From: Patescibacteria group bacterium
GTDB lineage: Bacteria; Patescibacteriota; Patescibacteriia; SG8-24
NCBI GenBank assembly: GCA_041667185.1
Contig: JBAYFM010000004.1
Location: 9,097-73,096, forward strand
Length of the DNA stretch: 64,000 bases
Direction of reading: 5' to 3'
The notes under the pieces were generated by a model, which was not told the origin of the DNA, made no database searches, and was given only the letters and a program-made list of their open reading frames with translations. The translations under genes and the position numbers were made by a program. Positions 1 to 9,444 of this stretch are shown here, one piece after another; within the stretch, counting starts at the first letter, position 1, and every line of letters starts with the position of its first letter.

Positions 1-516
1 GGTCGAGATAGACGACCAGGAAGAACAGGAGCACGAAACGGATGATCTGGCGCAAGCCGAGGAAACCAGTGACCGGCGAGACGAAATTAATGACGAGCGA
101 GGAGGCGGCGACGAGCAGGAAGAAGAGGAATGGCAAGTCGAGCGGCGTGGCCACGACGCGCTTCTGGCGCACGAGCAGACGCACGGCGACCGAGAGCAGC
201 AGCATGTAAACCAGAGACTCGGAAAAATAGCGGGCGTAGACATAGATCTCGTCGCTCACAAACTTCAGGAGGAAAGGCTCGAACGGAATGAGCGCGCCCA
301 GGAAGATGATGACCCACTCCGGGCGGTAGAAAGCGAGGGCAAAAACAGCCAAGCCGGCCACGATAGCGAAAGCCTTCCAGGGCGAGGTCAGGACGACCAA
401 CGCGCCGGCCAGGGCGGCGGTGGCTAAAAGAGCGAAGGCGAAGTGCCTCCCTGAGGGACGTTTGATGTTCAGATCGACCTCAAAATAGCGCCCGATCCTG
501 GCCAAGAAGCTTTCCA
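1..516 (-). CDS. N-terminal part of a polytopic integral membrane protein; possibly Wzy/O-antigen-ligase-like. Start at 516; runs off the window.
   Basis: Manual translation of the reverse strand from ATG at 514-516 gives MESFLARIGRYFEVDLNIKRPSGRHFAFALLATAALAGALVVL... with several hydrophobic helices. Not in the ORF track because there is no stop in the window. Confidence 0.4.
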
Positions 517-544
517 TAGGTGGGTTTATTGTACCTTATTTACG

Positions 545-600
545 GAGAGTGAGGGAGTGCAGGAGTGCAGGAGTGCTGAAGTGCGGGAGAGACGGAGTCA
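545..600. repeat. Intergenic repeat locus A, (A)GGAGTGC octamer-like units plus a GAGACGGAGTC unit
   Basis: gagtgagggagtgcaggagtgcaggagtgctgaagtgcgggagagacggagtca. Same unit family recurs at 2763-2853, 8651-8775, 13676-13720, 13890-13950 and 25925-26030. Confidence 0.6.
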
Positions 601-828
601 TGTCGCTCGCGAGCGATGTGGCAGGCCGAGTGATTGGTTATATAAAAGTTGTCGAAATCGTTATTGCCGGGCGAGACCCACACCACAAGGACGCTGTAAA
701 TTCGGAGGTGCCCGGTGGCGTAAGCCGAGCCCGGGATTGCTTCGCTCCGCTCGCAATGACGGAAAAGGAAAGAGCCTGCTTCGTAAGGAAGCAGGCTCTT
801 ATAGAGGCGGGTTGAGATCAGGAAGGAA

Positions 829-1440
829 CTATTCCAGGTTGGCCATGTTGCCGGCTGGCGTGATGTTGCAAGCCGCATCGAAAGTGACGCGAATGCTGCA
901 AGACGGATTCACACCAGTGACCATCTCCCGAGTCGAGGCATTCCACCAGTTGCACTGGATGAACGCACGCGCCTCAGAGGTCATCGCCTTGAGCTGGTCG
1001 ATGTCACCGAACTGGGCCCAAGCTTCGTTCGGAGACTGAGTCGAACAGTTCTGCCAGCCGACGTAGCTCAGGTTGTAGGTGCCAGCGTCCGGGGCGTCCG
1101 TGAAAGCCATGCCGATGTAGCCGGAGTTATCCGAATCGAGCATGTGCGGGCCGTCGGTCCAGGTGACCGCTGTCGTACCGCGGATGTCGCCACGGAGCTC
1201 GCCACAGGTCGAACCTGACACGTAGGCAGAGCTGAAGTCCAGGACGCAAGCCGTCGGGGACTTGAAGGGAGCGGGCATGACGACTGCGGGCGTGACGGGG
1301 TCGACTGGGTCGACCGGGTCAACGATGTCAACGCAGTCCGTGCAAGCGCTGTCTTCATCCCCACTTTCCTGCACGCCGCAGGCGGTGAAGCTGAAGGTTG
1401 CACACAGGGCAACGATCGCGATCCAGAGATTCGTCTTCAT
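829..1440 (-). CDS. Putative lipoprotein, hypothetical
   Basis: Signal peptide with lipobox-like ...FSFTAC, then a VDPVDPVDPV repeat. No recognisable catalytic motifs. Confidence 0.5.
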   Translation of the reverse strand: MKTNLWIAIVALCATFSFTACGVQESGDEDSACTDCVDIVDPVDPVDPVTPAVVMPAPFKSPTACVLDFSSAYVSGSTCGELRGDIRGTTAVTWTDGPHMLDSDNSGYIGMAFTDAPDAGTYNLSYVGWQNCSTQSPNEAWAQFGDIDQLKAMTSEARAFIQCNWWNASTREMVTGVNPSCSIRVTFDAACNITPAGNMANLE

Positions 1441-1530
1441 GATTGATCTCCTCTTTCTGGGAATTGCAGCGGTTCTCTGAATTTGTCGGCGAGGGCGATC
1501 ACCATGACCGCCCTCGCCAAGATCTGAGCA

Positions 1531-2397
1531 CTATGGCAACTCGAGACGGAGCAGGACCTGGCTCCCGAACGCGAACGCCGGGCAGCCGGAGTCGAACTCC
1601 GAACCGAGACGACCGGAGACGCCGACCTGGACCAGCTTGTGGCTGAATACCAGACCGAAATCTCCCGTGACGAACGCCGACTTAGCTTTGAGCTGGTTAT
1701 CGTAACCAACCCAGCTGGAGCCGACGCCGCCTTCGATCGCGAACCAGTCGTTCGCCGTCCAGGACAAGCCGCCGCGGACCTGAGTCCCGACACGGGCATT
1801 GCCACCGGACACGAGCGCATTGGCGTCGAAATCGATATCCCAGGAGTCCGTCAGGTTGAGCGTCAGACGAGTGCCGACCGGCAGACCAGTGTAGGTCGTA
1901 CCGTCGGACGAGCGCAAGACGAGAAACCCGCCCTGCGGCCCGATCTTCACACCACCCTTGCGTTCCATGACGTTCAGGCGGCTGTCGATCTCTCTGATTC
2001 TCTCCATGAGCGCGTACAACTGCTGCGCGAGCTCGACGTAATCCTTGGCCGTAGCCTGGTTGAGCCGATCCAACTCGCCGCGGAGCCGCGCAATCTCAGT
2101 CCGGACCGACGCCGCGATGGCGTTCTGATCCGCGCCCGGCTTCTTCTTGCCGAGCAATCCGACCTGCTTGCGCAGTCCGGAGATCTGATCTTCGAGGACC
2201 GTCACGCGCCTCGCGAGCGAGGCGATGCGATCATCGGCGCGAACCTTGGCGGTCGCGGTGCAACCAGCGAGACATCTTGCCGCTTCCGGCGGCAACACCA
2301 TCCGGAATTCGGACAGCGTATTGCTCTCATCGGCCGAGACCTTCCCGGCCCAAGCAAGAACCGCAGCGCAAGCGACCAATGTGCTGACCTTTTTCAT
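1531..2397 (-). CDS. Secreted coiled-coil / beta-rich protein, hypothetical
   Basis: Internal start MKKVSTLVACAAVLAWAGKVSA (signal peptide) preceded by GAGGAG 6 nt upstream of the ATG. Central heptad-like region (LRKQVGLL..., LRGELDRLNQ). Confidence 0.5.
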   Translation of the reverse strand: MKKVSTLVACAAVLAWAGKVSADESNTLSEFRMVLPPEAARCLAGCTATAKVRADDRIASLARRVTVLEDQISGLRKQVGLLGKKKPGADQNAIAASVRTEIARLRGELDRLNQATAKDYVELAQQLYALMERIREIDSRLNVMERKGGVKIGPQGGFLVLRSSDGTTYTGLPVGTRLTLNLTDSWDIDFDANALVSGGNARVGTQVRGGLSWTANDWFAIEGGVGSSWVGYDNQLKAKSAFVTGDFGLVFSHKLVQVGVSGRLGSEFDSGCPAFAFGSQVLLRLELP

Positions 2398-2762
2398 GAC
2401 CGTCTCCTCTCGCCCCGACATGGGGGCATTGTGAAATGCCCTTGCGGGGCGGTTTGATACTGGATTCCTTTTGATCTCAACTTGTAATGAGCAACGCCTC
2501 GTTGAAACGAGACGCTAAGACCGTTTGACGTAACCGACGAAGAGAAGGAGGAGGTATCTTCGCTGGTCTGTCAAACGGTCCCAACGTCCCGGTCAGGACC
2601 TCTGCTACCTTCAAATGAACGAATAAATGTAACATAATCCGGGTGTTTTGTCAAGGGTGGCGGACAGCCATAACTAGCGCAGAATTACGGGTAATTAAAG
2701 CTGGATTGCCGGCTAAAATCAGCCGCAACCCAGCTTTTTTGCCTTATGAGCTGCGGAAATTA

Positions 2763-2853
2763 GGGAGTTTGTGAGAGTGCAGGAGTGCGGGAGACCGACC
2801 ATCTCCCTGACTCCGTCTCTCCCAAACTCCCGAACTCCCTGACTCCGTCTCTT
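2763..2853. repeat. Intergenic repeat locus B, same family as 545-600, with 9-bp inverted repeat arms GGGAGTTTG/CAAACTCCC
   Basis: gggagtttgtgagagtgcaggagtgcgggag...ctccctgactccgtctctcccaaactccc...ctccctgactccgtctc. Confidence 0.6.
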
Positions 2854-2948
2854 TTCTTCAGCCCCAGCTGGAGCTGAAATTTCCTACCGGAGACTAAAAA
2901 ACCCGCTTCTTCAAGCGGGAGGGCAGCCTGATGACCCGAGGTCTGGAC

Positions 2949-3590
2949 TCAAACTATCGCAGCCGGAGTCTCGTAGAGATCATGGCGGCTGGCGACAACA
3001 AGCACCTGGCCGGCGCCAGCGATGAGGCCGAGAACGAAGCCGGCGAAAGCATTGGCGGGGATATTGGGTTTGACCGGGTACTTGGACTGCAACGGCTGAT
3101 CCACCAGTTTCACCTGAAGATCACCGCCGCCGACATACTGCCAACCCTCGGTCGTAAGGACGAACGCGATGGCGCGGGCGATCTGCGTGGCTTGTGCGGG
3201 ATCGGTGTGATAGACGGTGACGACGAGCATGCCGGAGCCGCTGACGACCTGGGTCGCGATCATCTGATCCCACTGTTTGCGCTTCTTGGTCTCATCGGTC
3301 TTGAAGATGGTCCGGTCGATGTTGAACTGCGTGGCCAGAACCTTCTCGAAGAACGAGGTCGTGTAGATGATCTGGCCCAGATTGTCCGACAGCCGCTCCG
3401 AAGCTTTCATGGCGGTGTAAGGATCGGACTGCGACAACTGCTTCTGAATGATGAGCAGACGCATGGTGGAACTGTAGCGCAGAGGGAAAACGAAACTCAG
3501 GCCGGCTCCGAAAATAGCCGCCAAAAGGCCGAAAAGCACGATACGCTTCCAGCCGCCGGACAAGGCCCGAGTGTATTGGTAGTCTTCCAT
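2949..3590 (-). CDS. Wzz-like polysaccharide chain-length determinant (short form)
   Basis: N-terminal TM (IVLFGLLAAIFGAGLSFVF), a ~140-aa extracytoplasmic domain and a C-terminal TM (FAGFVLGLIAGAGQVLVV). This matches PCP/Wzz topology. Family assignment is by architecture only. Confidence 0.45.
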   Translation of the reverse strand: MEDYQYTRALSGGWKRIVLFGLLAAIFGAGLSFVFPLRYSSTMRLLIIQKQLSQSDPYTAMKASERLSDNLGQIIYTTSFFEKVLATQFNIDRTIFKTDETKKRKQWDQMIATQVVSGSGMLVVTVYHTDPAQATQIARAIAFVLTTEGWQYVGGGDLQVKLVDQPLQSKYPVKPNIPANAFAGFVLGLIAGAGQVLVVASRHDLYETPAAIV

Positions 3591-3643
3591 ACCTTAATTT
3601 TACACGAAAAACCCGGCCAGCGCCACTCCAGGCACCGCTGGTC

Positions 3644-4843
3644 CTACCTGCCGGAATTGCCGCCGAGCACGACCTCGACGGTGATGAGAGCGCCGTTGCG
3701 AGCGACTGACAGCAGACCGCCGGGGAAAACACCGCGCCGGACCACCAGACTGACGCGGTCCTGCGGATCGTATTCGGAGATGATCTCAGAGAGAGTCCGC
3801 TTGGCGGTCACGTCATCGCTGTCGACGGAGACGATGATGTCGCCGGCGCGCAGACCAGCCTCGGCGGCAGGACTGCGTTTGGCCACGGCCGGGATCGAAC
3901 CGTCGGCCGAACCGAAAACCAGGGCGCCCTTATGCAAGAAATCGCGATCATCATTCAGTCCGACCAGGCTCCCCAGATCGAGATAATGGACGCCGAGCAG
4001 CGGCCGATCGATATTCTGGTTGCCGAGGATGGCGCTCATGCGATCAATGAAAGAGTCGAGCGGCGCCGCCAGGAGACCAGGCTCGACCAGACCGCCGAAA
4101 ACTGCCACGGCCTCGCCGCGGCGATTGAAGATCATCGCTCCGGGCATGGGAGTCTCGCCCTGCAGACGCAGATAACGGCTCAAAACCTCCGAGGAAAACA
4201 AGGGCCCGTGACCGGACGCGTCGGCCGGAGCGCCGAAACCGAGCATACTCAGATGCCGGGGTCCGAAGCCGGCATCGAGCGTATAGACGCTCTCCCCCGG
4301 GACTAGGGCGGCGGCATCGCCGAAAGACACGACCGGCAGATCCGCGGCGGCGATCTTGGCGAAAACGACGCCCGAATAAGAATCGCGCAGGACCCGCTCG
4401 ACCGCGTAGACCCGACCGCCGACCAGGGCGGCGAGATCTTTGGCTGGCTTGCCTTTGACGGCGACGAGCGCCTGACTGCCGGTGAGCAGCCAGCCGTCGG
4501 AAGTCAGCACGGCGCCGCTGGCCAGGGCCTCGTCCGGAAGATACGCATCCGCCAGCGGATCGCCGGAAACGGACTTGGCCGCGAAGAACAACACAGCTGA
4601 TTGATCCGCGATGACCGGCGCATCAGCTTCAGCGCTGTCAGAACCGAGCCGGGCCGCCGTACCGCGATCACGCCAAACCGTGAGCGTGGATGCCGACCCG
4701 CTGTCGGCCGGCAACAGATACGTCGCAGACAGCAGGCCGCCAACCAGACCGGCGGCGAAACCGAAAAAGACGCTGCTCACGAAGAACGGGGTCCAGCCGG
4801 ACCGCGTCAATTCGATAACGCCGTGTTTTTTGGGCCACATCAT
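3644..4843 (-). CDS. HtrA/DegP-like trypsin-fold protein with C-terminal PDZ domain; catalytic Ser and His apparently absent
   Basis: N-terminal TM and a trypsin-like core. C-terminal PDZ (GALVFGSADGSIPAVAKRSPAAEAGLRAGDIIVSVD). The position of the GNSGGPL Ser motif reads PGAMIFNRRGEAV, and the His-motif position reads LTGSQALV. Confidence 0.55.
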   Translation of the reverse strand: MMWPKKHGVIELTRSGWTPFFVSSVFFGFAAGLVGGLLSATYLLPADSGSASTLTVWRDRGTAARLGSDSAEADAPVIADQSAVLFFAAKSVSGDPLADAYLPDEALASGAVLTSDGWLLTGSQALVAVKGKPAKDLAALVGGRVYAVERVLRDSYSGVVFAKIAAADLPVVSFGDAAALVPGESVYTLDAGFGPRHLSMLGFGAPADASGHGPLFSSEVLSRYLRLQGETPMPGAMIFNRRGEAVAVFGGLVEPGLLAAPLDSFIDRMSAILGNQNIDRPLLGVHYLDLGSLVGLNDDRDFLHKGALVFGSADGSIPAVAKRSPAAEAGLRAGDIIVSVDSDDVTAKRTLSEIISEYDPQDRVSLVVRRGVFPGGLLSVARNGALITVEVVLGGNSGR

Positions 4844-4853
4844 AAAATAGTGA

Positions 4854-5642
4854 TCAGAACCAACCGGCGGTCGCCAGGAGAACAGCGATCGACAGGAAGG
4901 ACAGCGCCAGTTCGCGCCGAAAATAACGAACCTCGCCCGCGCCCCGCATGATCATCCGGACCACATACAAGGAAACGGCGAAAAGAATGATATTGACCGT
5001 GGCGTTGACCAGGCTGCCGGTGGGCAAAAAGGAAAAGCCGACGTAAGCCTGAAATTCCAGGGCGCCGAAAACCACGACCACGACCGGAAGTTCCGCCGAA
5101 GATAATCCGAAACCAGCCAAGCTCTCGCCGGCCAACCCGGCGACCAAAGCAGCGGCCGCGAGACCGAGCAATGGCATGGAAATGTAATAATAAGAGTTGA
5201 TGCCGTACAAAAAAGCCAGGAACAGGAACAAGCCAGCCAAACCGACCAAATTAGCCAGATAAGCCAGAGCCGGATCATCCGGCGACTCATCGGACAAGAC
5301 CGAGCGCACCTGGCTCAAATGGGATCCGACCAGCGCCGTAACGACCGCCGCGAGGAGATAACTGCCGACTGTTGATTCGATGATCAACAGATAACCGAAG
5401 CTGGAGATGAGCAGGACGAAGGACGGCAGACAAGCACGCCAGAGCCGCCACGGACGCGCCGCGCCCATACCGAGCCAAAGGATGGCGGCTGTGAAGACCG
5501 CCAGCGCCGCACCCAAACAGACCGCCCAGATGACGATGGCGACGGACAAGTGGCGCGCCGGCAACCAGATGGCCGCGACCAGGGCGGCGCCGATCAGGAT
5601 CGCGACGACCGCGGGCAGATCGCGGAAAGATATCTTAGGCAT
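4854..5642 (-). CDS. Polytopic membrane protein, hypothetical
   Basis: Eight or more hydrophobic helices; no recognisable motifs. Confidence 0.45.
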   Translation of the reverse strand: MPKISFRDLPAVVAILIGAALVAAIWLPARHLSVAIVIWAVCLGAALAVFTAAILWLGMGAARPWRLWRACLPSFVLLISSFGYLLIIESTVGSYLLAAVVTALVGSHLSQVRSVLSDESPDDPALAYLANLVGLAGLFLFLAFLYGINSYYYISMPLLGLAAAALVAGLAGESLAGFGLSSAELPVVVVVFGALEFQAYVGFSFLPTGSLVNATVNIILFAVSLYVVRMIMRGAGEVRYFRRELALSFLSIAVLLATAGWF

Positions 5643-5658
5643 AGATCAGGCGAAAACG

Positions 5659-6384
5659 TCAGCGCGGAACATAATGGATGAGAAAGCGCATCCGGCCTGG
5701 TTCGAGGACGATCGAATTCAGTCCGCCGAGACCGGACATGGCCGAAGTCAGAGCCTCCCCGATCACCCGATCCAGCACGGAAGCGAAAAGTCCGGACAAA
5801 CCGTCGGGAATATCGAGAGCGCCGAGGCGGAGACCGGTGACCTTGATCTTGAGCTGGCCATTCTGGACCACGGGTTCGATATCGGCTCGAACGGTCGCCT
5901 GCCGATCAGGACGGTCGATCAAACCATAAAACTCGAGATGTCCGGGATCGACAGCAATCTGGGTGCCGCTCAAAGCAACCGGCAACTGGGCGCCGGCCGC
6001 AGCCAAGGATCCGCGGATAATGGTCGTGAGCTCGGCTTCGCTGAAACTGATCTCCAGCGACTGCAGCAGGGCGTCGTATTTGGACTTAAGCGCCGCGGTT
6101 TTGGCGATCTGCTCCCCGGTCGAGCCGACGAGCGGCAGGACCTGGCGCGCAGGCTGCGATGGTTCGTACAACCAGCCCGTCAGGACCGGGACCGTGACCA
6201 GACCGGTCTTCGCGACCAGGGCGGCCGAAAGCAAGAGCGGCACGGCAACAGCCAAAAGTTCCAGCACCAAGCAGCCGGCGCAACCCAAAAGCTTCTTGCG
6301 GCGCTGTTCGTGATGGATCTCCGTGAGGATCTCTTTTTTGAGCGCCTCGCGATCCGACTGATCTTCGTTCTCGATCCTGGTCAT
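5659..6384 (-). CDS. Single-pass membrane protein, hypothetical
   Basis: Charged N-terminus, one TM (LVLELLAVAVPLLLSAALVA) and a ~180-aa extracytoplasmic domain. Confidence 0.45.
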   Translation of the reverse strand: MTRIENEDQSDREALKKEILTEIHHEQRRKKLLGCAGCLVLELLAVAVPLLLSAALVAKTGLVTVPVLTGWLYEPSQPARQVLPLVGSTGEQIAKTAALKSKYDALLQSLEISFSEAELTTIIRGSLAAAGAQLPVALSGTQIAVDPGHLEFYGLIDRPDRQATVRADIEPVVQNGQLKIKVTGLRLGALDIPDGLSGLFASVLDRVIGEALTSAMSGLGGLNSIVLEPGRMRFLIHYVPR

Positions 6385-6411
6385 AATGGATGCGACAAAC
6401 CGGCGGCGGAT

Positions 6412-6870
6412 CTATTGGATCAGCCAAGAATTTTCACCGAGCAGATCGCGGGTATTCGCGAGCACCAACTTCTGGTCGGCTTTGGAGCCTGACATGGCCC
6501 GACGCCATTGTTCGAGCAGCAGGACGCAGGACAGGTGGATGTTCTGGTCCGCTCCGGGGACACGGAGGCGCAACAGCCGCTCCTGGGTCTTATCGATGAG
6601 ATCGACGAAGATCGGATCGATCGCGGTGAACGCGGTCTCGTCCAATTTCTGCGCCTGAACAAAAAATGGCGTCAGGACCGAACCGGCGGCAGTGCGGTAT
6701 TCAGCTTCGCTGGGAGCAGTCACAACTTCGGACGCCGGAGCTTCGGCAACGGGCAAAACCCGCAGATTCAGAACGCCGTAACCGATGCCCGCGATCACCG
6801 CCAGGCCGAAAACCGCGAAGACGGCGAACCGGTTGATGAGCCGATGTTTTTTCTCATCCATAATAGCCAT
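6412..6870 (-). CDS. Membrane-anchored hypothetical protein
   Basis: N-terminal TM (FAVFAVFGLAVIAGIGYGVL) followed by a soluble domain. Confidence 0.4.
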   Translation of the reverse strand: MAIMDEKKHRLINRFAVFAVFGLAVIAGIGYGVLNLRVLPVAEAPASEVVTAPSEAEYRTAAGSVLTPFFVQAQKLDETAFTAIDPIFVDLIDKTQERLLRLRVPGADQNIHLSCVLLLEQWRRAMSGSKADQKLVLANTRDLLGENSWLIQ

Positions 6871-6947
6871 AATATAACAACATCCAGCGTCTTGGTCAAA
6901 GCCTTGACCGCGCCTTAAAAAACGCTCAATTGAGCCGCGCTAGGCGG

Positions 6948-8057
6948 TCAGTCGCGGTCTGAAGCGGCAGCCTCGCGCTGCGGCCGCTCCCAGCGGTCTC
7001 CCCGATCGACATTCCGATCGTCGATTCCCGTATCATTGTCGCCATCTTCCCGCAGCGTTTCCCGGCCGCGCGAATGCTCCGGCCATTTCTGGTCCGCGCT
7101 GATCAGCATCTTGGCCTGCTGGGCTTGCCGGCCGGCTTCCTGGAACACAGCGAAGGCTTCATTGAATTTTTCCACGATCATGGCTGCGCGGCCGGAACTG
7201 ACGGCGGCTTCGGCTAGAGCGATCAATCCGCCGGCCTGGTCGATGGTCTTCACGGTCAGACGCGATCGATCCTCTGCGAACTTTTCTTTCACCGCGGTCA
7301 ATTTCTTCTCAGCGTCGGCCAAGCTGGCCTCGGCGGCCCGGCGGTTGTCGGGAACGGTCACAGCCTGCTCCGAATCGGAGCGGCGGACAGCGGCGCGGCC
7401 AGCCTGTTTCTCGGCGGTCTTGATGACATTCGCGGCACCGACGGCGCGCCGATCGTCGGGCTCGGACAACCGGCCGATGACCGCCGCATGGCCGCGCAAC
7501 GCGCTCTCCAGTTCTGAACCCAACTCAGCCGCCTCGCGGGCGTGGCCGCCGCGATCGATCTCAGCCAGATGTTCCTCGGCGCTGGCTGCGTGGGCGTTGA
7601 TCCGCTCTTCGATGATGGCGGCCTTGTCCGCATCAAGATCGCCGGCGTCAGCCAGAACCTCGGCTTCTTCGAGCCGACGCTCGGCGCGGCGCGTTTCCCA
7701 GCGGACCTGGGCTTCCGGAGTGACCGCCAAAGCCGAAACAACCTCTTCATTAACAGCTAATTTGAAGCCGTAAAGCGCATCGCCAGGCATCGCGCTTTCA
7801 GCGGCATAAGAGACTCCGGCGCTACCCACCAGAATCGCGACAATCATGGCCGCGGCCAGGACCGGACGGGCCGAAGACCGCAGTGCGAACGCCGACTGCC
7901 GCCAGAACCCGAGCCAGGCGGCGATAAAATTTTCGGACGCGCCGGCCCGCGGACTGGCCGCGTATTCGACCAGACGGACGCGAAGAAACTCGCGTTCGGC
8001 TTCGGTCAGAGCGACGCGTTTCGATCGTTCAGAAATATTATTCAGCAGATCTTCCAT
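6948..8057 (-). CDS. Putative anti-sigma factor (membrane-anchored, extracytoplasmic coiled-coil domain)
   Basis: Immediately downstream of the ECF sigma gene and overlapping it by 20 nt. N-terminal cytoplasmic segment, one TM (AAAMIVAILVGSAGVSYAA) and a long Ala/Glu/Arg-rich helical domain. Confidence 0.5.
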   Translation of the reverse strand: MEDLLNNISERSKRVALTEAEREFLRVRLVEYAASPRAGASENFIAAWLGFWRQSAFALRSSARPVLAAAMIVAILVGSAGVSYAAESAMPGDALYGFKLAVNEEVVSALAVTPEAQVRWETRRAERRLEEAEVLADAGDLDADKAAIIEERINAHAASAEEHLAEIDRGGHAREAAELGSELESALRGHAAVIGRLSEPDDRRAVGAANVIKTAEKQAGRAAVRRSDSEQAVTVPDNRRAAEASLADAEKKLTAVKEKFAEDRSRLTVKTIDQAGGLIALAEAAVSSGRAAMIVEKFNEAFAVFQEAGRQAQQAKMLISADQKWPEHSRGRETLREDGDNDTGIDDRNVDRGDRWERPQREAAASDRD

Positions 8058-8592
8058 AGCGCGTTTTATCCAGCGTGAATTCTTTCTTCAAAGTCGCGAC
8101 GGCGCGATTGATCCGGACCGAGACGACGTTCTCAGACAGACCGGACAACCGGGCGATCTCCTGCGGACCCAGCCCTTCGAGAAAACGATGTTTCAGGACG
8201 TCGCGGAAGGCCGGTTTCAGACGGTCGATCGCGGCGACGACGCGGGCCGTTTCCGCGAGCTGCTCGGCGGAACCGGATGCGCCGGTCGGATCAAAACCCT
8301 GTTCGAGCAGCGCTTCAAGCGAGTCCGTCTGATGACGACGGCCGGCGTCGATGGCCAGGTTGGTCGCGGTCCGATAAAGGAAGGCTTTGATGTTGCCGAT
8401 CTCGCCGCCGCGGCACAGGTAGTCCCAAGTCTTCATGAAACAATCCTGGACCAGATCACGAGCCTTCTCGCGATCGTAGACGCGAAAATAACAGTGCCTG
8501 AAAATGGCGTCAGCGAGCTCGTCGTACGCCTTGATGAACTGAGCCTGGTTGTCCCCGCTCGTTGGATTCATCGTAATAATATGACGTTTCAA
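8038..8592 (-). CDS. ECF-type RNA polymerase sigma-70 factor
   Basis: Region 2 (FIKAYDELADAIFRHCYFRV, DLVQDCFMKTWDY) and region 4 HTH (LGPQEIARLSGLSENVVSVRINRAVATLKK). Confidence 0.8.
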   Translation of the reverse strand: MKRHIITMNPTSGDNQAQFIKAYDELADAIFRHCYFRVYDREKARDLVQDCFMKTWDYLCRGGEIGNIKAFLYRTATNLAIDAGRRHQTDSLEALLEQGFDPTGASGSAEQLAETARVVAAIDRLKPAFRDVLKHRFLEGLGPQEIARLSGLSENVVSVRINRAVATLKKEFTLDKTRYGRSAE

Positions 8593-8650
8593 GCAGCCTT
8601 ATCTTACAGGGCTGATAGGATAATTTAGCTTGGATGGAGGGGGAAAGCAA

Positions 8651-8775
8651 GGGAGCAGGAGATGCGGAGTCAGGGAGAGACGGAGATGCGGAGATACGAA
8701 GTGGCGGAGTCAGGGAGTTTGAGAATGCTGGATTCCCGCCTACGCGGGAATGACAAAAAGAGAGTGCGGGAGTGG
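8651..8775. repeat. Intergenic repeat locus C (GGAGTCAGGGAG / GAGATGCGGAG units) with hairpin attcccgcctacgcgggaat
   Basis: gggagcaggagatgcggagtcagggagagacggagatgcggag...ggcggagtcagggagtttgag...agagtgcgggagtgg. Confidence 0.55.
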
Positions 8776-8783
8776 TCGGACCA

Positions 8784-9065
8784 TCAGTCGAGATGTCTAT
8801 AACCTAAACGCGAAAAAGTCACGTCCAGTTGTTTTTTCAAAGCAGCCCGACCATTACCGCCTTTCAGATATCGTTCCCGCCGTGCGGCCTCAATTCTAGT
8901 CAAATAAGCCTCGTAATAGATCAACTTCAGCGGCCGCCGGTCTCTGGTCGATCTCACCATGCCCGTACGATGCTGACACCAACGTCTGCGCAGGTCGTCC
9001 GTCAGACCCACATAAAGCTGCCGATCCTTCACGCTAAATAATACGTATACGTAGACGTAATGCAT
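8784..9065 (-). CDS. Small GIY-YIG (URI-domain, YhbQ-like) nuclease
   Basis: YVYVLFSVKDRQLYVGLTDDLRRRWCQHRTG...KLIYYEAY...RERYLKGGNG: GIY-YIG motifs with the conserved Arg and Glu. Confidence 0.8.
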   Translation of the reverse strand: MHYVYVYVLFSVKDRQLYVGLTDDLRRRWCQHRTGMVRSTRDRRPLKLIYYEAYLTRIEAARRERYLKGGNGRAALKKQLDVTFSRLGYRHLD

Positions 9066-9291
9066 ACCGCGTTTCCTACCATAAGGCCAAAATCAGGTAA
9101 AGCGCCAAGCTGAGCTCGGAAAATACAAAAAACCAGCCGGTGTTACCCGGCTGATTCCCACCACTGAACTCGGCTCGAGCGTTGCAGTGGGCCAGCTCAG
9201 CTGGCCGCACCTCGCTCTGATCGCTCGGTTGTTTCATCAGAGAATGCGAAGCTGAGCTTCGCCTTCATCTTTTGAAACCGAGCTGAGCTCG

Positions 9292-9420
9292 GTGGTGGAG
9301 ATGGGGAGATTTGAATCCCTCGCTCCGACTCGGGCCCCGGGGCGCTGCGCACCGGTCCGCCCGCTAGCGGGCGGACCTCTCGCGCCCGAGTTCAAATCTC
9401 CCCCATAAAACAAAAGCGGA
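9292..9420 (-). repeat. Partial duplicate of the tmRNA 3' end (T-loop, acceptor 3' strand and CCACCA, 23 nt identical) fused to a structured element with the 24-nt perfect palindrome GGTCCGCCCGCTAGCGGGCGGACC
   Basis: Reverse strand reads GGGGGAGAUUUGAACUCGGGCGCGAGAGGUCCGCCCGCUAGCGGGCGGACC...GAGGGAUUCAAAUCUCCCCAUCUCCACCA. A 13-bp outer inverted repeat GGGGAGAUUUGAA/UUCAAAUCUCCCC encloses the palindrome. The 3' 23 nt are identical to the genuine tmRNA end at 9445-9467. Confidence 0.6.
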
Positions 9421-9444
9421 CGACTAGCGTCGCCCACTTTTGAT

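Noticed and set aside
540-1039. ORFs 540-878(-), 549-815(+), 557-1039(+)
   Set aside because: Lie in the intergenic repeat locus A and overlap the better-supported lipoprotein gene. No RBS or motifs.
5407-6492. 361-aa plus-strand ORF
   Set aside because: Antisense to two consecutive minus-strand membrane-protein genes. Arg/Gly/Ala-rich artefact.
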